Virus record (IMG/VR): IMGVR_UViG_3300010218_000011
DNA length: 64,000 bases
From: a virus
Reading direction: 5' to 3' (one strand)
A program made the translations under genes and the position numbers. Shown here piece by piece: positions 26,212-34,741 of the stretch. How positions within the stretch are numbered: position 1 is the first letter of the stretch; every line of letters begins with the position of its first letter. The notes beneath the pieces are model-generated. The model saw only the letters and a list, made by a program, of their open reading frames with translations, was not told the DNA's origin and did no database searches.

Positions 26212-26921
26212 GTTTCCCGCTCCTCTAGATGGTTGATTGGGGGTTGGTTATTCGCTCGAAAGCAGGGCGAATGCTGTTGCAGCCACGATTGGAACCTGCG
26301 CGTCTCCAGTGGCCTCAAGTCGGTCCATCCTGCCGGGAAGCCCATCAGCCACTCGTGATTCGTCGGGGTTGGCTTCCCAAACACGCGGACGTACTCTCGA
26401 CAGGTGGGCCACTTTTGCATCGACGCCGCGGCGTAGTTCGCGGTCGCTGTCGGCGTATGCAAGAAGCCAGTAGCGCTCCCGAATGTGGTCAGCACCCACG
26501 TCTGCCGCTGAAAGAGCGATGCATCTGACCGCGTAACCCATCGCCTCAAGGTCGTCTGCGGCCCGGTCGATCGCGCGTCGCTGGGTGTTCTCGGCGCGTA
26601 CGTACCGGGGAGCGACATCTGCCACGATCCGTCGCATTTCCGGCCAGAGATCGTCTGCAACGTTTTTTCCTCGAGCCGCACTGGAATAGGCTTGGCAGGG
26701 AAAGCCTCCAGATACGCAATCAACAATGCCGCGCCATGGGAATCCGTCGAAGGTGCGAACATCGTTCCAAATGGGGAACGGTGGAAGGTGCCCTTCATTT
26801 TGTCGCTGCATGAGTCGTCGGATGCGATAGGGATTGCTTTCGACAGCACAGACCGTTCGATGTCCGAGAAGTCTTCCGGCGAGTATTCCGCCTCCAACGC
26901 CAGCGAAAAGTTCCAACTCAT
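26208..26921 (-). CDS. Frame-B ORF overlapping the C5-MTase frame (MSWNFSLALEAEYS...EWLMGFPAGWTDL family-like)
   Basis: ATG directly after the HNH stop, GGAGG 8 nt upstream, ATGA overlap with the next gene; motifs LHTPTATA and EWLMGFPAGWTDLRPLE recalled from phage methylase-associated proteins. Confidence 0.45.
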   Translation of the reverse strand: MSWNFSLALEAEYSPEDFSDIERSVLSKAIPIASDDSCSDKMKGTFHRSPFGTMFAPSTDSHGAALLIAYLEAFPAKPIPVRLEEKTLQTISGRKCDGSWQMSLPGTYAPRTPSDARSTGPQTTLRRWVTRSDASLFQRQTWVLTTFGSATGFLHTPTATANYAAASMQKWPTCREYVRVFGKPTPTNHEWLMGFPAGWTDLRPLETRRFQSWLQQHSPCFRANNQPPINHLEERET

Positions 26922-26925
26922 TCAA
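26248..26925 (-). CDS. DNA (cytosine-5) methyltransferase, short phage type (frame A)
   Basis: Motifs ELFAGVGGG (I), GGFPCQ (IV), AENT (VI-like), HIRERYWLLAY (VIII-like), GDAQVP (X-like). No nearby in-frame ATG, so TTG at 26925 is assumed; the frame is open to 27111. Confidence 0.7.
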   Translation of the reverse strand: MNELELFAGVGGGILAGRLLGHRTVCAVESNPYRIRRLMQRQNEGHLPPFPIWNDVRTFDGFPWRGIVDCVSGGFPCQAYSSAARGKNVADDLWPEMRRIVADVAPRYVRAENTQRRAIDRAADDLEAMGYAVRCIALSAADVGADHIRERYWLLAYADSDRELRRGVDAKVAHLSRVRPRVWEANPDESRVADGLPGRMDRLEATGDAQVPIVAATAFALLSSE

Positions 26926-27788
26926 GCCGCCTCCCTCTTCATCCGCCGAACCTCGGCGCTCTCGATTCGGCCGAGTGCGTCCCGGCTCACGATGCCTTGG
27001 TCGCCACCAGGTTTTGCGGGCGCAAATACGGCGCGATCGTGATCCCATCCAAGCCTGAAGCGCATACGAATTGCTCCATCGGTGACGGTGCAACCTGGCT
27101 CGCGCGACCACTCCATAGCCGTTTTCGTCACGCCATTGATCGTCAGCGCGACTGCGTTCGATCGGGAGTACTTTGGCTTGGGCGGCGGAGGCGGCCGCTT
27201 CCCGTTATGGGTCATCTTCGGGGTGAATAGGGCATCGTAGTCAGACATGCCACGATTTTTCCTCTGCGCGATAACATGACCCGCAATCGAGACGCGAGGA
27301 TCGCGCGCCCATTCATTGGCCGTCTTCGTCTCTCCGTCGAAGGTGATGCCGCGATGCCCTTTGTGAAGATATAGCGGCAAGTGCATGCTTCGGTGCGTAT
27401 TGCAGGTACTGCAAAGCGGTCTCAAATTCTTCGGGTCGTTGTTCGACGGATCTTCGTCGATGTGATCGATATGGGCGATCGTCCACGTCAAAGGCTTGCC
27501 GCACAGTTCGCATGGCGGCACCACATCGCCGATCCGGTCATAGACAATCTTGCGGTGCTCCCATACCTGACCAGTACTATCCGCCAATGGATGATCCGGC
27601 ATGTACAGTTGCCAGTAGCCCCTAGAATCCTGACGCCTCATCGTCCTCTGCGGCTTCGGCAAAAGATGGTAGGTCCCATTCCTCATGAACCGGAAGTAGT
27701 GTTTCTGGCAGACTTGCTGGGCGCTGTACATCGCGAGCCGATCGCAACCCTCGATCTTGCAGTTTTTTGATTCGACGAGCTTTCTCAC
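26922..27788 (-). CDS. HNH homing-endonuclease-like protein
   Basis: 288 aa; CKIEGC..CQKHY Zn motif, HIDHIDEDPSNNDPKNLRPLCSTCN (HNH), two repeated ..GxTKTAxEWxR.. DNA-binding modules. Confidence 0.75.
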   Translation of the reverse strand: MRKLVESKNCKIEGCDRLAMYSAQQVCQKHYFRFMRNGTYHLLPKPQRTMRRQDSRGYWQLYMPDHPLADSTGQVWEHRKIVYDRIGDVVPPCELCGKPLTWTIAHIDHIDEDPSNNDPKNLRPLCSTCNTHRSMHLPLYLHKGHRGITFDGETKTANEWARDPRVSIAGHVIAQRKNRGMSDYDALFTPKMTHNGKRPPPPPKPKYSRSNAVALTINGVTKTAMEWSREPGCTVTDGAIRMRFRLGWDHDRAVFAPAKPGGDQGIVSRDALGRIESAEVRRMKREAA

Positions 27789-28329
27789 GAAAAATCCTTT
27801 TCAAACGTGTCAGGTATTCGATGTCGTACTTTCGGACGGGCGACTCTCGCTCCAGCATCTCCACGCGCTCTAGCCCTATCTTTGCAATGAGCCGCGGACG
27901 ATATTCAGTGAGATTCCCGCTTTTCCACGCGTTGCATATGGAACAAGATTTCGAAATATTCCAAAGATTGAAGCGCCAGCCAGGATTCGAACCGACCGCC
28001 CTATAGTGCGACGCATGCCATTGACCGCCCCACGTAGGCGGCCGGTCGCACGAGATGCATGGCTTATCGGCATCGCGGAGCCGCACGTAGGCATTCACCG
28101 CGGTCTGCGCCTCCTTCAGATGCGCGCCCCGCGTCTTCGCCTTCTCTAGCGCCTCGCGAAGCGATTTGCGCTCGTCACGCCTGGCGCGAGTCGCCTTCTG
28201 ATCAGCAACCTTGCGCGCGTATGCGAGCGAGCAGGGCACAGAGCAAACGATCGCCATGCTTCGATGCGGCGTGAAAGTGCGCTCGCAGACTCGGCACTTT
28301 TTGGGCTTGAGCGTTTGAGTCATTCCCAT
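27622..28329 (-). CDS. ninG: NinG/Rap-like recombination endonuclease
   Basis: CRVCERTF...CSVPCS...CISCDR..WHASHY..CSICN pattern as in lambda NinG (recalled); 3' end overlaps the HNH gene by 167 nt. Confidence 0.65.
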   Translation of the reverse strand: MGMTQTLKPKKCRVCERTFTPHRSMAIVCSVPCSLAYARKVADQKATRARRDERKSLREALEKAKTRGAHLKEAQTAVNAYVRLRDADKPCISCDRPPTWGGQWHASHYRAVGSNPGWRFNLWNISKSCSICNAWKSGNLTEYRPRLIAKIGLERVEMLERESPVRKYDIEYLTRLKRIFREKARRIKKLQDRGLRSARDVQRPASLPETLLPVHEEWDLPSFAEAAEDDEASGF

Positions 28330-28613
28330 CCCGTCACCCGATAATGTTTGCCGGCGATGTGTTCGAGGGTCGGCTTCGGCGCTTCTTCCCAAACGCACTC
28401 ATTGGCTTCGTCAAGCCGATGTCCACCTTGCGCCCAACGCGTAACGGCGTGCCAGAACGGGGAGCGCTCGCCTGGTTGGCGCTCCATCGGATCGCCATGC
28501 TTGTTCAGCACAATCGGGCCGCAGTAGCTGTGCATCTCGAATGTCCAGCGCTTGCCTTTGGCGTCGGTAATGTGGCGGGTCGGGCCAGCAAAGGAAATGT
28601 GGATTGCACTCAT
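28320..28613 (-). CDS. Hypothetical protein
   Basis: 97-aa ORF, stop/start coupled on both sides. Confidence 0.5.
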   Translation of the reverse strand: MSAIHISFAGPTRHITDAKGKRWTFEMHSYCGPIVLNKHGDPMERQPGERSPFWHAVTRWAQGGHRLDEANECVWEEAPKPTLEHIAGKHYRVTGWE

Positions 28614-29026
28614 TCGAATGTGACCCCCAACGTTTCGCCGGCATACGCCTGCACGGCATTCAGGAATTCCGAGAACTCGCCCACGCTCATCTGTGTCGTC
28701 GACTTTCGGCGCGTGATGATTTCTCCATCAGGCAAGGTCAGCTCGTCGAGCACGCCATACTTGCGAGCGAAGTACTCGTGCCACGCGTCCTTATCGAACT
28801 GGCGACCTTCGACCCATGCTTGCTCAGAAATGGCTTTGAGCACAGCGCCCCAATAGAATCGGTTCTGCTGCGCGTTGCGCTGGCGCTCTTCGGCGGTGAC
28901 GATCACGCGCAACGGCTCGCCCTTGTCGGCGAAGCTGGGCGCATTGGCTCGAACGAAAGCGACGAGCGCAGACCAAACGCCGCCGTTTTTCAGGGTGAAC
29001 TCGCGGTAGAGGGCGGCTTCGCTCAT
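28610..29026 (-). CDS. ninB: NinB/Orf-family recombination mediator
   Basis: 138 aa; ..RQRNAQQNRFYWGAVLKAISEQ.. typical of NinB (recalled). Confidence 0.7.
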   Translation of the reverse strand: MSEAALYREFTLKNGGVWSALVAFVRANAPSFADKGEPLRVIVTAEERQRNAQQNRFYWGAVLKAISEQAWVEGRQFDKDAWHEYFARKYGVLDELTLPDGEIITRRKSTTQMSVGEFSEFLNAVQAYAGETLGVTFE

Positions 29027-29652
29027 TGGCTTTCACCCTCCGCATTCGATTCTTGTATCAACCTAGCATCGCCCTCGCGTGCGGCATGTTCGGACATGCT
29101 AGCCTCATCGATCAATGCGGCATGGGCCCTCATGAGCAATTCCGCTATGGAGCCACCATTGAGAATCGTGCGCATGTCGTCGTAGTGATCCGACAATGCG
29201 CCCTCAGATCGATGACCCGGAATCGAAGAACCCAAGTGCGCTGGACGATAGATGTGCCAGAGAACGCCCCCCATTTTTTGGACAGCGTGCATCTCATTTT
29301 CAAAGCGGCAGTCATCGACCACGACCACATGACCGGAATTCAGGTGTGCCGCCGCTTCCTCCATCCACAGTCCAGTCCAGAAGTCGACGCCAATCAGATC
29401 GCGGCCCCATTCAGTCCCGAGCGTGACCATCGCGTGCCGCGGCGTTTTCCCGCAGAGCAGGTCGCACGGTTGCTCTTTGCGCGATCCCTCGATTTCCTCG
29501 TCGTCCAGTCCGATCGCGCGAAGCATGGCCTTCAGAGGGCCAGCGAACTTGATGAGCACATAGCCGTGCTCGCGCATAAGGTAGTCGGCAACCGTCGATT
29601 TGCCGGCGCCAGCGTTACCCACAAGGGCGATGATTCGGGGTAGTTCGCTCAT
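29023..29652 (-). CDS. P-loop kinase, deoxynucleoside-monophosphate-kinase-like
   Basis: Walker A GNAGAGKST near the N-terminus, DDCRF (Walker B-like); 209 aa. Confidence 0.5.
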   Translation of the reverse strand: MSELPRIIALVGNAGAGKSTVADYLMREHGYVLIKFAGPLKAMLRAIGLDDEEIEGSRKEQPCDLLCGKTPRHAMVTLGTEWGRDLIGVDFWTGLWMEEAAAHLNSGHVVVVDDCRFENEMHAVQKMGGVLWHIYRPAHLGSSIPGHRSEGALSDHYDDMRTILNGGSIAELLMRAHAALIDEASMSEHAAREGDARLIQESNAEGESQ

Positions 29653-29960
29653 GCAGCCTCCGCAACCAATTCAGCCAACTCGAAGATTTCGAGTCCGAGT
29701 TTCTGCGCCACCAGATGCTCAATTCGAGCGCCAAACGATGTTTCCCAGCCCGGCAGCATGCAGATCGCGGTACAACCTTCCATGGCCCGAATATCCACCG
29801 CGATGCATTCAAGCCAGTCGGCCGTTTCGTTTGGGTTGATTTCTACCGGGTTGATGACTTTCCAGCGCATGTTCCGCAAACGGACTGCTGTGCGGTTGAA
29901 CATCGGGAAGTTGAGCCGCGGAATTCCCGACATCGGACCACTGATATAAATTCGACCCAT
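29649..29960 (-). CDS. DUF4406 / nucleoside 2-deoxyribosyltransferase-like protein
   Basis: 103 aa from MGRIYISGPMSGIPRLNFPMF..; pattern recalled for DUF4406. Confidence 0.5.
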   Translation of the reverse strand: MGRIYISGPMSGIPRLNFPMFNRTAVRLRNMRWKVINPVEINPNETADWLECIAVDIRAMEGCTAICMLPGWETSFGARIEHLVAQKLGLEIFELAELVAEAA

Positions 29961-30307
29961 CACGCCGCCTCCCGGCCAAAAAAATAACTCATTGCCTGAT
30001 TGAGTGCATCGAACGAATACGATCCCGAAGTAGATTGCACGTCCTTCGTCGGACGACCGCGGCGAATGCCTTCTTGGCATGAAAACTCGTCTTGACTGAA
30101 CGCCCGATCGCCGAGCGCGAAAACGATCATCGGCTTTCCATGCGGAGAAGGGATGCGCCTCACTTCTCGGATGAATCCTAGCTCGAGCAACTTTCGAGTC
30201 GCCGTCTCAACTGATCCTTCGTTTCTCGTCAGCGCATCGCTCATCCCGCGCCTTGTTCCTTCGCCATGCAGCGATAGGTACATGCATACTTCCGCAGCAA
30301 TGCTCAT
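29960..30307 (-). CDS. Winged-helix-like DNA-binding protein
   Basis: 115 aa from MSIAAEV; ATGA coupling on both sides. Confidence 0.4.
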   Translation of the reverse strand: MSIAAEVCMYLSLHGEGTRRGMSDALTRNEGSVETATRKLLELGFIREVRRIPSPHGKPMIVFALGDRAFSQDEFSCQEGIRRGRPTKDVQSTSGSYSFDALNQAMSYFFGREAA

Positions 30308-30672
30308 TTCGCCACCTGTGCTATCAAAGAGCCGAAGGGGTTGCCCGCGAGTTCGCGCAACGCTCGTTTTTGCTTCGTTGCTTGCCAATGACGCTTGTAC
30401 TTTTGCGCCATTCCGAGATGCGGATATGGCATATCCGGGCGGCGACCAACGGCATACATTGCCGGGCGCTTATAGCCGTCCCCCGCAACTTCGTCGTAGT
30501 CGGCGATATAGAACAACTTGTTCTTTCCTTTGCGCGCTGCCGCGATCGCTCGCCGCACGGACGCATAGGACTTGCCCATGCGGTGCGCGATTTCAGCGGA
30601 CGTTAGCGGCGCGCTGTGCTGCGAAAGGAGGGCAACGATTTCATCGCGCAGCGTTTGGGGTTTCGTCTTCAT
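30304..30672 (-). CDS. Winged-helix-like DNA-binding protein
   Basis: 122 aa from MKTKPQTLRDEIVALLSQHSAPLTSAEIAHRMG. Confidence 0.45.
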   Translation of the reverse strand: MKTKPQTLRDEIVALLSQHSAPLTSAEIAHRMGKSYASVRRAIAAARKGKNKLFYIADYDEVAGDGYKRPAMYAVGRRPDMPYPHLGMAQKYKRHWQATKQKRALRELAGNPFGSLIAQVAK

Positions 30673-30995
30673 GCTGATTCCTTCAAAGCCTCGATAACGG
30701 TTGCAATAGCGGCGCCGCTTTTCACCATGCCGCCAGTGAATCGAAAGACGCGCCAGCCCGCGAGCGATGCGAGATTTAGCTTTTCGCAGTCGTTCTCGTA
30801 CCCCGATCCGGTTGTGTGTCGACCTCGCTGCATCCACGTTCCACCATCAATTTCGACCGCTACCTTGTTGGTCGAATCGGGCCAAGCGAAGTCGAAACGG
30901 AACCGACGCGGCGGTGCGAAACGAAACTCGCGCACCGGCTCCGGTAATTTCGCAGCTCGCACGTGTAGGGCGAAGAGGGATTCAAGGGGGCTCAT
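30669..30995 (-). CDS. Vsr/DUF559-like endonuclease-fold protein
   Basis: 108 aa; ..FDFAWPDSTNKVAVEIDGG... pattern (recalled); next to a methyltransferase. Confidence 0.5.
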   Translation of the reverse strand: MSPLESLFALHVRAAKLPEPVREFRFAPPRRFRFDFAWPDSTNKVAVEIDGGTWMQRGRHTTGSGYENDCEKLNLASLAGWRVFRFTGGMVKSGAAIATVIEALKESA

Positions 30996-31879
30996 GCAGC
31001 GGCCCCGAATAGATCGGCTTGGTTGTCGGCCACGGCGCTCTTGCAGTTCTCGACAGCCAGCTTGAAATACGATGGCTTAAGTTCGGAGCCGATGCCGCGC
31101 CGGCCCATCTTTAATGCGACATACGCCTCGCTGCCGATGCCAAGAAATGGCGTGTAGACCAAATCGTTCGGGTTCGTCCACAGGTCGATAGCCCGCTCGA
31201 TCACCTCAAGCTGCAGGGGTGATATGTGGCGCTCGTCGTCACTCTCCCGCGCGCTCATGTATTGCAGCGTCTTGGACTGGTTGATATCCATCCAGACGGG
31301 CGAGGCGTAGCGCTGCCACAGATCGACCGGCAGGCTTTCATGCGTATGCGTGACTGGCTCCGGGTTGTCGCCAGGCTTGCGCATGATGACCAGATAGTCG
31401 GCGATGCCCTGGCGGCTCATGGCGCTATCCTTGCGCAGTTGCTTGTAGAGCAGCCCGAGCGCCTTCGTGCGCTGCATCGCGACTACCGGGTCTTTCCAGA
31501 TACACACTTCCGAGTGGTAGATAAAGCCGGCGTCCTGGTGCGCGCGGATGATCTCGCCGCGGAAGTCTTTCAGGCCGATATAGCCGTCGCGCGTCTTGGA
31601 CGTCGGAAGATTCATGCAGTGAATCGCAATGAGCCGGCCGGGCTTCATGATGCGGATATGCTCCGCAATCAGGAACCGGTAATGCGTCCAGAAGTCGGCG
31701 CTTGATGCGTTGTTGCCCATGTCGCGCTCGGAGTTGCTGAACACGAACAGGGATTCGAAAGGCGGGCTGTACACGGAAAAGTCGATCGATGCATCGGGCA
31801 GTGAGCGCGCGAGCTCGACGCAATCAGCGTTATAAAGACTGAACCGCTCGGCGATTTCCTGATTAATGACGTTGGTCAT
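30992..31879 (-). CDS. DNA N6-adenine/N4-cytosine methyltransferase (beta class)
   Basis: SPPF catalytic motif early, FLGIGSE AdoMet motif late; start at MTNVINQ in an ATGA overlap with the SNF2 stop. Confidence 0.8.
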   Translation of the reverse strand: MTNVINQEIAERFSLYNADCVELARSLPDASIDFSVYSPPFESLFVFSNSERDMGNNASSADFWTHYRFLIAEHIRIMKPGRLIAIHCMNLPTSKTRDGYIGLKDFRGEIIRAHQDAGFIYHSEVCIWKDPVVAMQRTKALGLLYKQLRKDSAMSRQGIADYLVIMRKPGDNPEPVTHTHESLPVDLWQRYASPVWMDINQSKTLQYMSARESDDERHISPLQLEVIERAIDLWTNPNDLVYTPFLGIGSEAYVALKMGRRGIGSELKPSYFKLAVENCKSAVADNQADLFGAAA

Positions 31880-33312
31880 ACGCGCTCCACATTCTGGAAA
31901 ATCCATTGCGGGATCGCGAGAGGAACGGCCGGCCGGTAGGCTTCGGTGCCGCTCGTCGCGCCCTGAATCTGTTTTTGGGTCAGGTCGCGCATGTACGTGA
32001 CCATTTCGCCGGCCATCGTGTCGCTCTGAGTCTGCTTGCGGGCGATGTTGTCTTTCACGGCACCTTCGGTGTCGGCGGTGATGATATGAGCCGTCACGGT
32101 GCGTTTCTGTCCGAACCGATAGCATCGGCGGACAGCCTGATAGAACTGTTCGTACGAGTCGTTCATGCCGGCGAAAATCTGGACGTTGCAGAACTGCCAG
32201 TTCATGCCGGCGCCGCAAATAGAAGCTTTCGAAACCAGCGCGCGCTTCTCGCCATGCGTGAAGGCCATGATGTTTCGCGTCTTTTCCTCGATCGACATGG
32301 AGCCGGTCACTTCGACCGCGCCGTCGATCATTTTCGCGAGGCGCTCGGATTCTTCGTTCAGGTGGCACCACACAATGACCGGGCCCTGGTGTTCATTCGC
32401 CAGGCGCGCGGCCAGTTCAAGGCGTGAATCGATGCTGGCCTTCTTGGCTTGCCGGCGCTCAGTCAGGCTTTGAGCCACAACCGGAAACAGATGCCCTTCG
32501 AGCAATTCGCCGCTCTCGACAACGTGCTCAACCATGGTAAGCGGCGGCAGGACGTAGCGCGAACCATCGAATCCGAGGTCGGCCGGACTGCGGATGCAGA
32601 TCGCCCACGTCGCCATCCATTCCCAAAACTTGACCTTACCGTGACCCTTCAGGCGCCACTTGCCGGTATCACCACCGTCATGCGTAAAGAACGTTGACAG
32701 CATTTCGACCGAGGTCATGACGCCGAGAAATTCCGCCTGGGTGCCGAGTTCCATCCAGTCGTTAGGACTCGGCGTTGCCGTGCACGACAGCTTGTACGGC
32801 GTGAACCGGAAAGCGTCCGTGATGAACTGGCGCGTCTTGCCGTTGTGCGACTTGATGATTCCCGACTCGTCCAGCACCACGCCGACGAACGATTCCAGGT
32901 CGAAGTGTTCGAGCATTTCGTAATTCGTGATCGTGATGCCGAGCTCGACTTCGGACTGATCGCGGCAATACCTGATCGTGATGCCGAATTTGGCGGCTTC
33001 CTCGACCGTCTGCTGGGCCACGCACAGCGGCGCGGCGATGATCACGTTGCCGCCCGTGCGGTCGCAAACCTTCTGCGCCCAGGTAGCTTCCTGAATGGTC
33101 TTGCCGAGTCCGGTATCTTCGAACAGCGCCGCGCGGCCGCGCTTGAGCGCCCACTTCACGCAAGCGGCCTGGAAGTCGAACAGTGGCCCGACCGGGATAT
33201 CACAATCGAACCCGGTAGGCACATCGGCGAACTGCTTCGACTTGATGAACGTCTCATAGTCATTAGGACTACTAAGCACCCGTTTAACATCCATCCCCGC
33301 ATCCATCCCCAT
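31876..33312 (-). CDS. SNF2/DEAD-like helicase
   Basis: DTGLGKT (motif I), VLDESG (motif II), C-terminal helicase half; start at MGMDAGMD. Confidence 0.8.
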   Translation of the reverse strand: MGMDAGMDVKRVLSSPNDYETFIKSKQFADVPTGFDCDIPVGPLFDFQAACVKWALKRGRAALFEDTGLGKTIQEATWAQKVCDRTGGNVIIAAPLCVAQQTVEEAAKFGITIRYCRDQSEVELGITITNYEMLEHFDLESFVGVVLDESGIIKSHNGKTRQFITDAFRFTPYKLSCTATPSPNDWMELGTQAEFLGVMTSVEMLSTFFTHDGGDTGKWRLKGHGKVKFWEWMATWAICIRSPADLGFDGSRYVLPPLTMVEHVVESGELLEGHLFPVVAQSLTERRQAKKASIDSRLELAARLANEHQGPVIVWCHLNEESERLAKMIDGAVEVTGSMSIEEKTRNIMAFTHGEKRALVSKASICGAGMNWQFCNVQIFAGMNDSYEQFYQAVRRCYRFGQKRTVTAHIITADTEGAVKDNIARKQTQSDTMAGEMVTYMRDLTQKQIQGATSGTEAYRPAVPLAIPQWIFQNVERV

Positions 33313-33325
33313 GTCTATCTCCTGT

Positions 33326-34741
33326 TTACTCAAACCCGCGTCGCGCTTTTTCCGGTGCCTTGCGAGGCTCCGGAATATATCCGGGCGCGAGGTCCGAAAA
33401 CATGGTCCGTTCGCCAACGTAGACAGCGCGAACAACGCCGGTCGGTCCGTTACGCTGTTTTGCAACATTGATCTCGGCTGTGCCGCGATCCGGCGAATCC
33501 GGGTTGTAGACCTCATCGCGATACAGGAACAGCACAACGTCCGCGTCCTGCTCGATCTCTCCTGAGTCGCGAAGATCGGAGAGCATCGGACGTTTGTTAT
33601 TTCGCTCTTCGAGCTTGCGGTTAAGCTGGGCCAGCAGAAGAACCGGAACGTCAAGCTGCTTGGCGAGCGTCTTTAGGCCGCGGCTATTCGCCCCGACTTG
33701 CTCCGTCCGGTTGGCTCCCTGCGTCGCTGCCATCAAGCCCAGGTAGTCGACAACAATCAAGCCGAGTTGGCCGTACTTGCGCTTTGCCGCTCGGGCGCGG
33801 GCCTGAATTTCCGGGAGCGAGATACCTGCCGTCTCATCGATCAGCAGCATCATCTCGGAGAGCACCTGGACGCCATGCGTGAGCATCGGCCAATCTGAAT
33901 CGCCATTCGCTTTACCGAATTTCGATCCATCCAAAATCTTATCGAGCGTCAATCCTGACTTCCGCGCGAGTGAGCGGGCCGTCAGTTCCTGCGCCGTCAT
34001 TTCCTGCGTAAAGAACATCGAGGGCATTCCCATGTCAGCGACGCTCTCGGCAACACCAAGGGCCAGGGCGCTCTTACCCATCGCCGGCCGACCCGCTGCG
34101 ATAATCAGTTGACCGCCCCGCATCCCCCCCCCAAGCCGAGCATCGAGATCGATTAGGCCGGTAGAGATCACCTTTGCGCGATCCTTCCCGCCATGGAACT
34201 CGCTATCAATGCGCTCGATGATGGACGTGAGGTACGTCCCGATTAAGGCCGGCTCACGTGCAACTTCGTCGGCCAGCGGCTCAAGCTTCGACTGAGCGGT
34301 CGCAATGACCTCTTCGACCTCGCGACCATCGGGGTGATACGCCATCTCCGATATTTCGTCGGCCGCACAGATCAACCCGCGAAACTTTGCCCGGCTAATG
34401 ACGATTTCCGCCCAGCGCCGGATGCCCTTGCTGCCAGGCGTGTTCTGCACGAGCGAGTTGAGATACGGCAAGCCGCCGACTTGCTCGGCCTTCCCTGCGC
34501 CCCCCAGCGCCTCATGGACCGTAATCACGTCTGCATTGCGGCCAGAGACGATCAAGCGGGCCACGCATTCGAAGACGATCCGATGGTCGTATCGGTAGAA
34601 ATGCTCGGCGCGCAGGTCCGTGATTCGGTCCATGGCGTCGTTGTCGAAGAGTAGGGCACCCAGAACACTTTGCTCGGCTTCGAGCGAATGCGGCGGGACG
34701 GATAGGCCGCGGTCTTCTAGGAATTGGTCAGGGGCGTTCAT
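33326..34741 (-). CDS. dnaB: Replicative DNA helicase DnaB
   Basis: 471 aa; N-terminal PPHSLEAEQSVLGALL, Walker A GRPAMGKS, DYLGLM, typical DnaB layout. Confidence 0.9.
   Translation of the reverse strand: MNAPDQFLEDRGLSVPPHSLEAEQSVLGALLFDNDAMDRITDLRAEHFYRYDHRIVFECVARLIVSGRNADVITVHEALGGAGKAEQVGGLPYLNSLVQNTPGSKGIRRWAEIVISRAKFRGLICAADEISEMAYHPDGREVEEVIATAQSKLEPLADEVAREPALIGTYLTSIIERIDSEFHGGKDRAKVISTGLIDLDARLGGGMRGGQLIIAAGRPAMGKSALALGVAESVADMGMPSMFFTQEMTAQELTARSLARKSGLTLDKILDGSKFGKANGDSDWPMLTHGVQVLSEMMLLIDETAGISLPEIQARARAAKRKYGQLGLIVVDYLGLMAATQGANRTEQVGANSRGLKTLAKQLDVPVLLLAQLNRKLEERNNKRPMLSDLRDSGEIEQDADVVLFLYRDEVYNPDSPDRGTAEINVAKQRNGPTGVVRAVYVGERTMFSDLAPGYIPEPRKAPEKARRGFE

Noticed and set aside
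30992-32371. 459-aa version of the N6/N4 methyltransferase ORF. The same issue affects the long N-terminal extensions of 31876..33654, 57173..58366, 58406..59074, 58720..59310 and 35600..36271.
   Set aside because: The extensions are Arg-rich and overlap upstream genes. Internal starts that form ATGA/GTGA overlaps with the upstream stop give proteins that begin where the family-like sequence begins.
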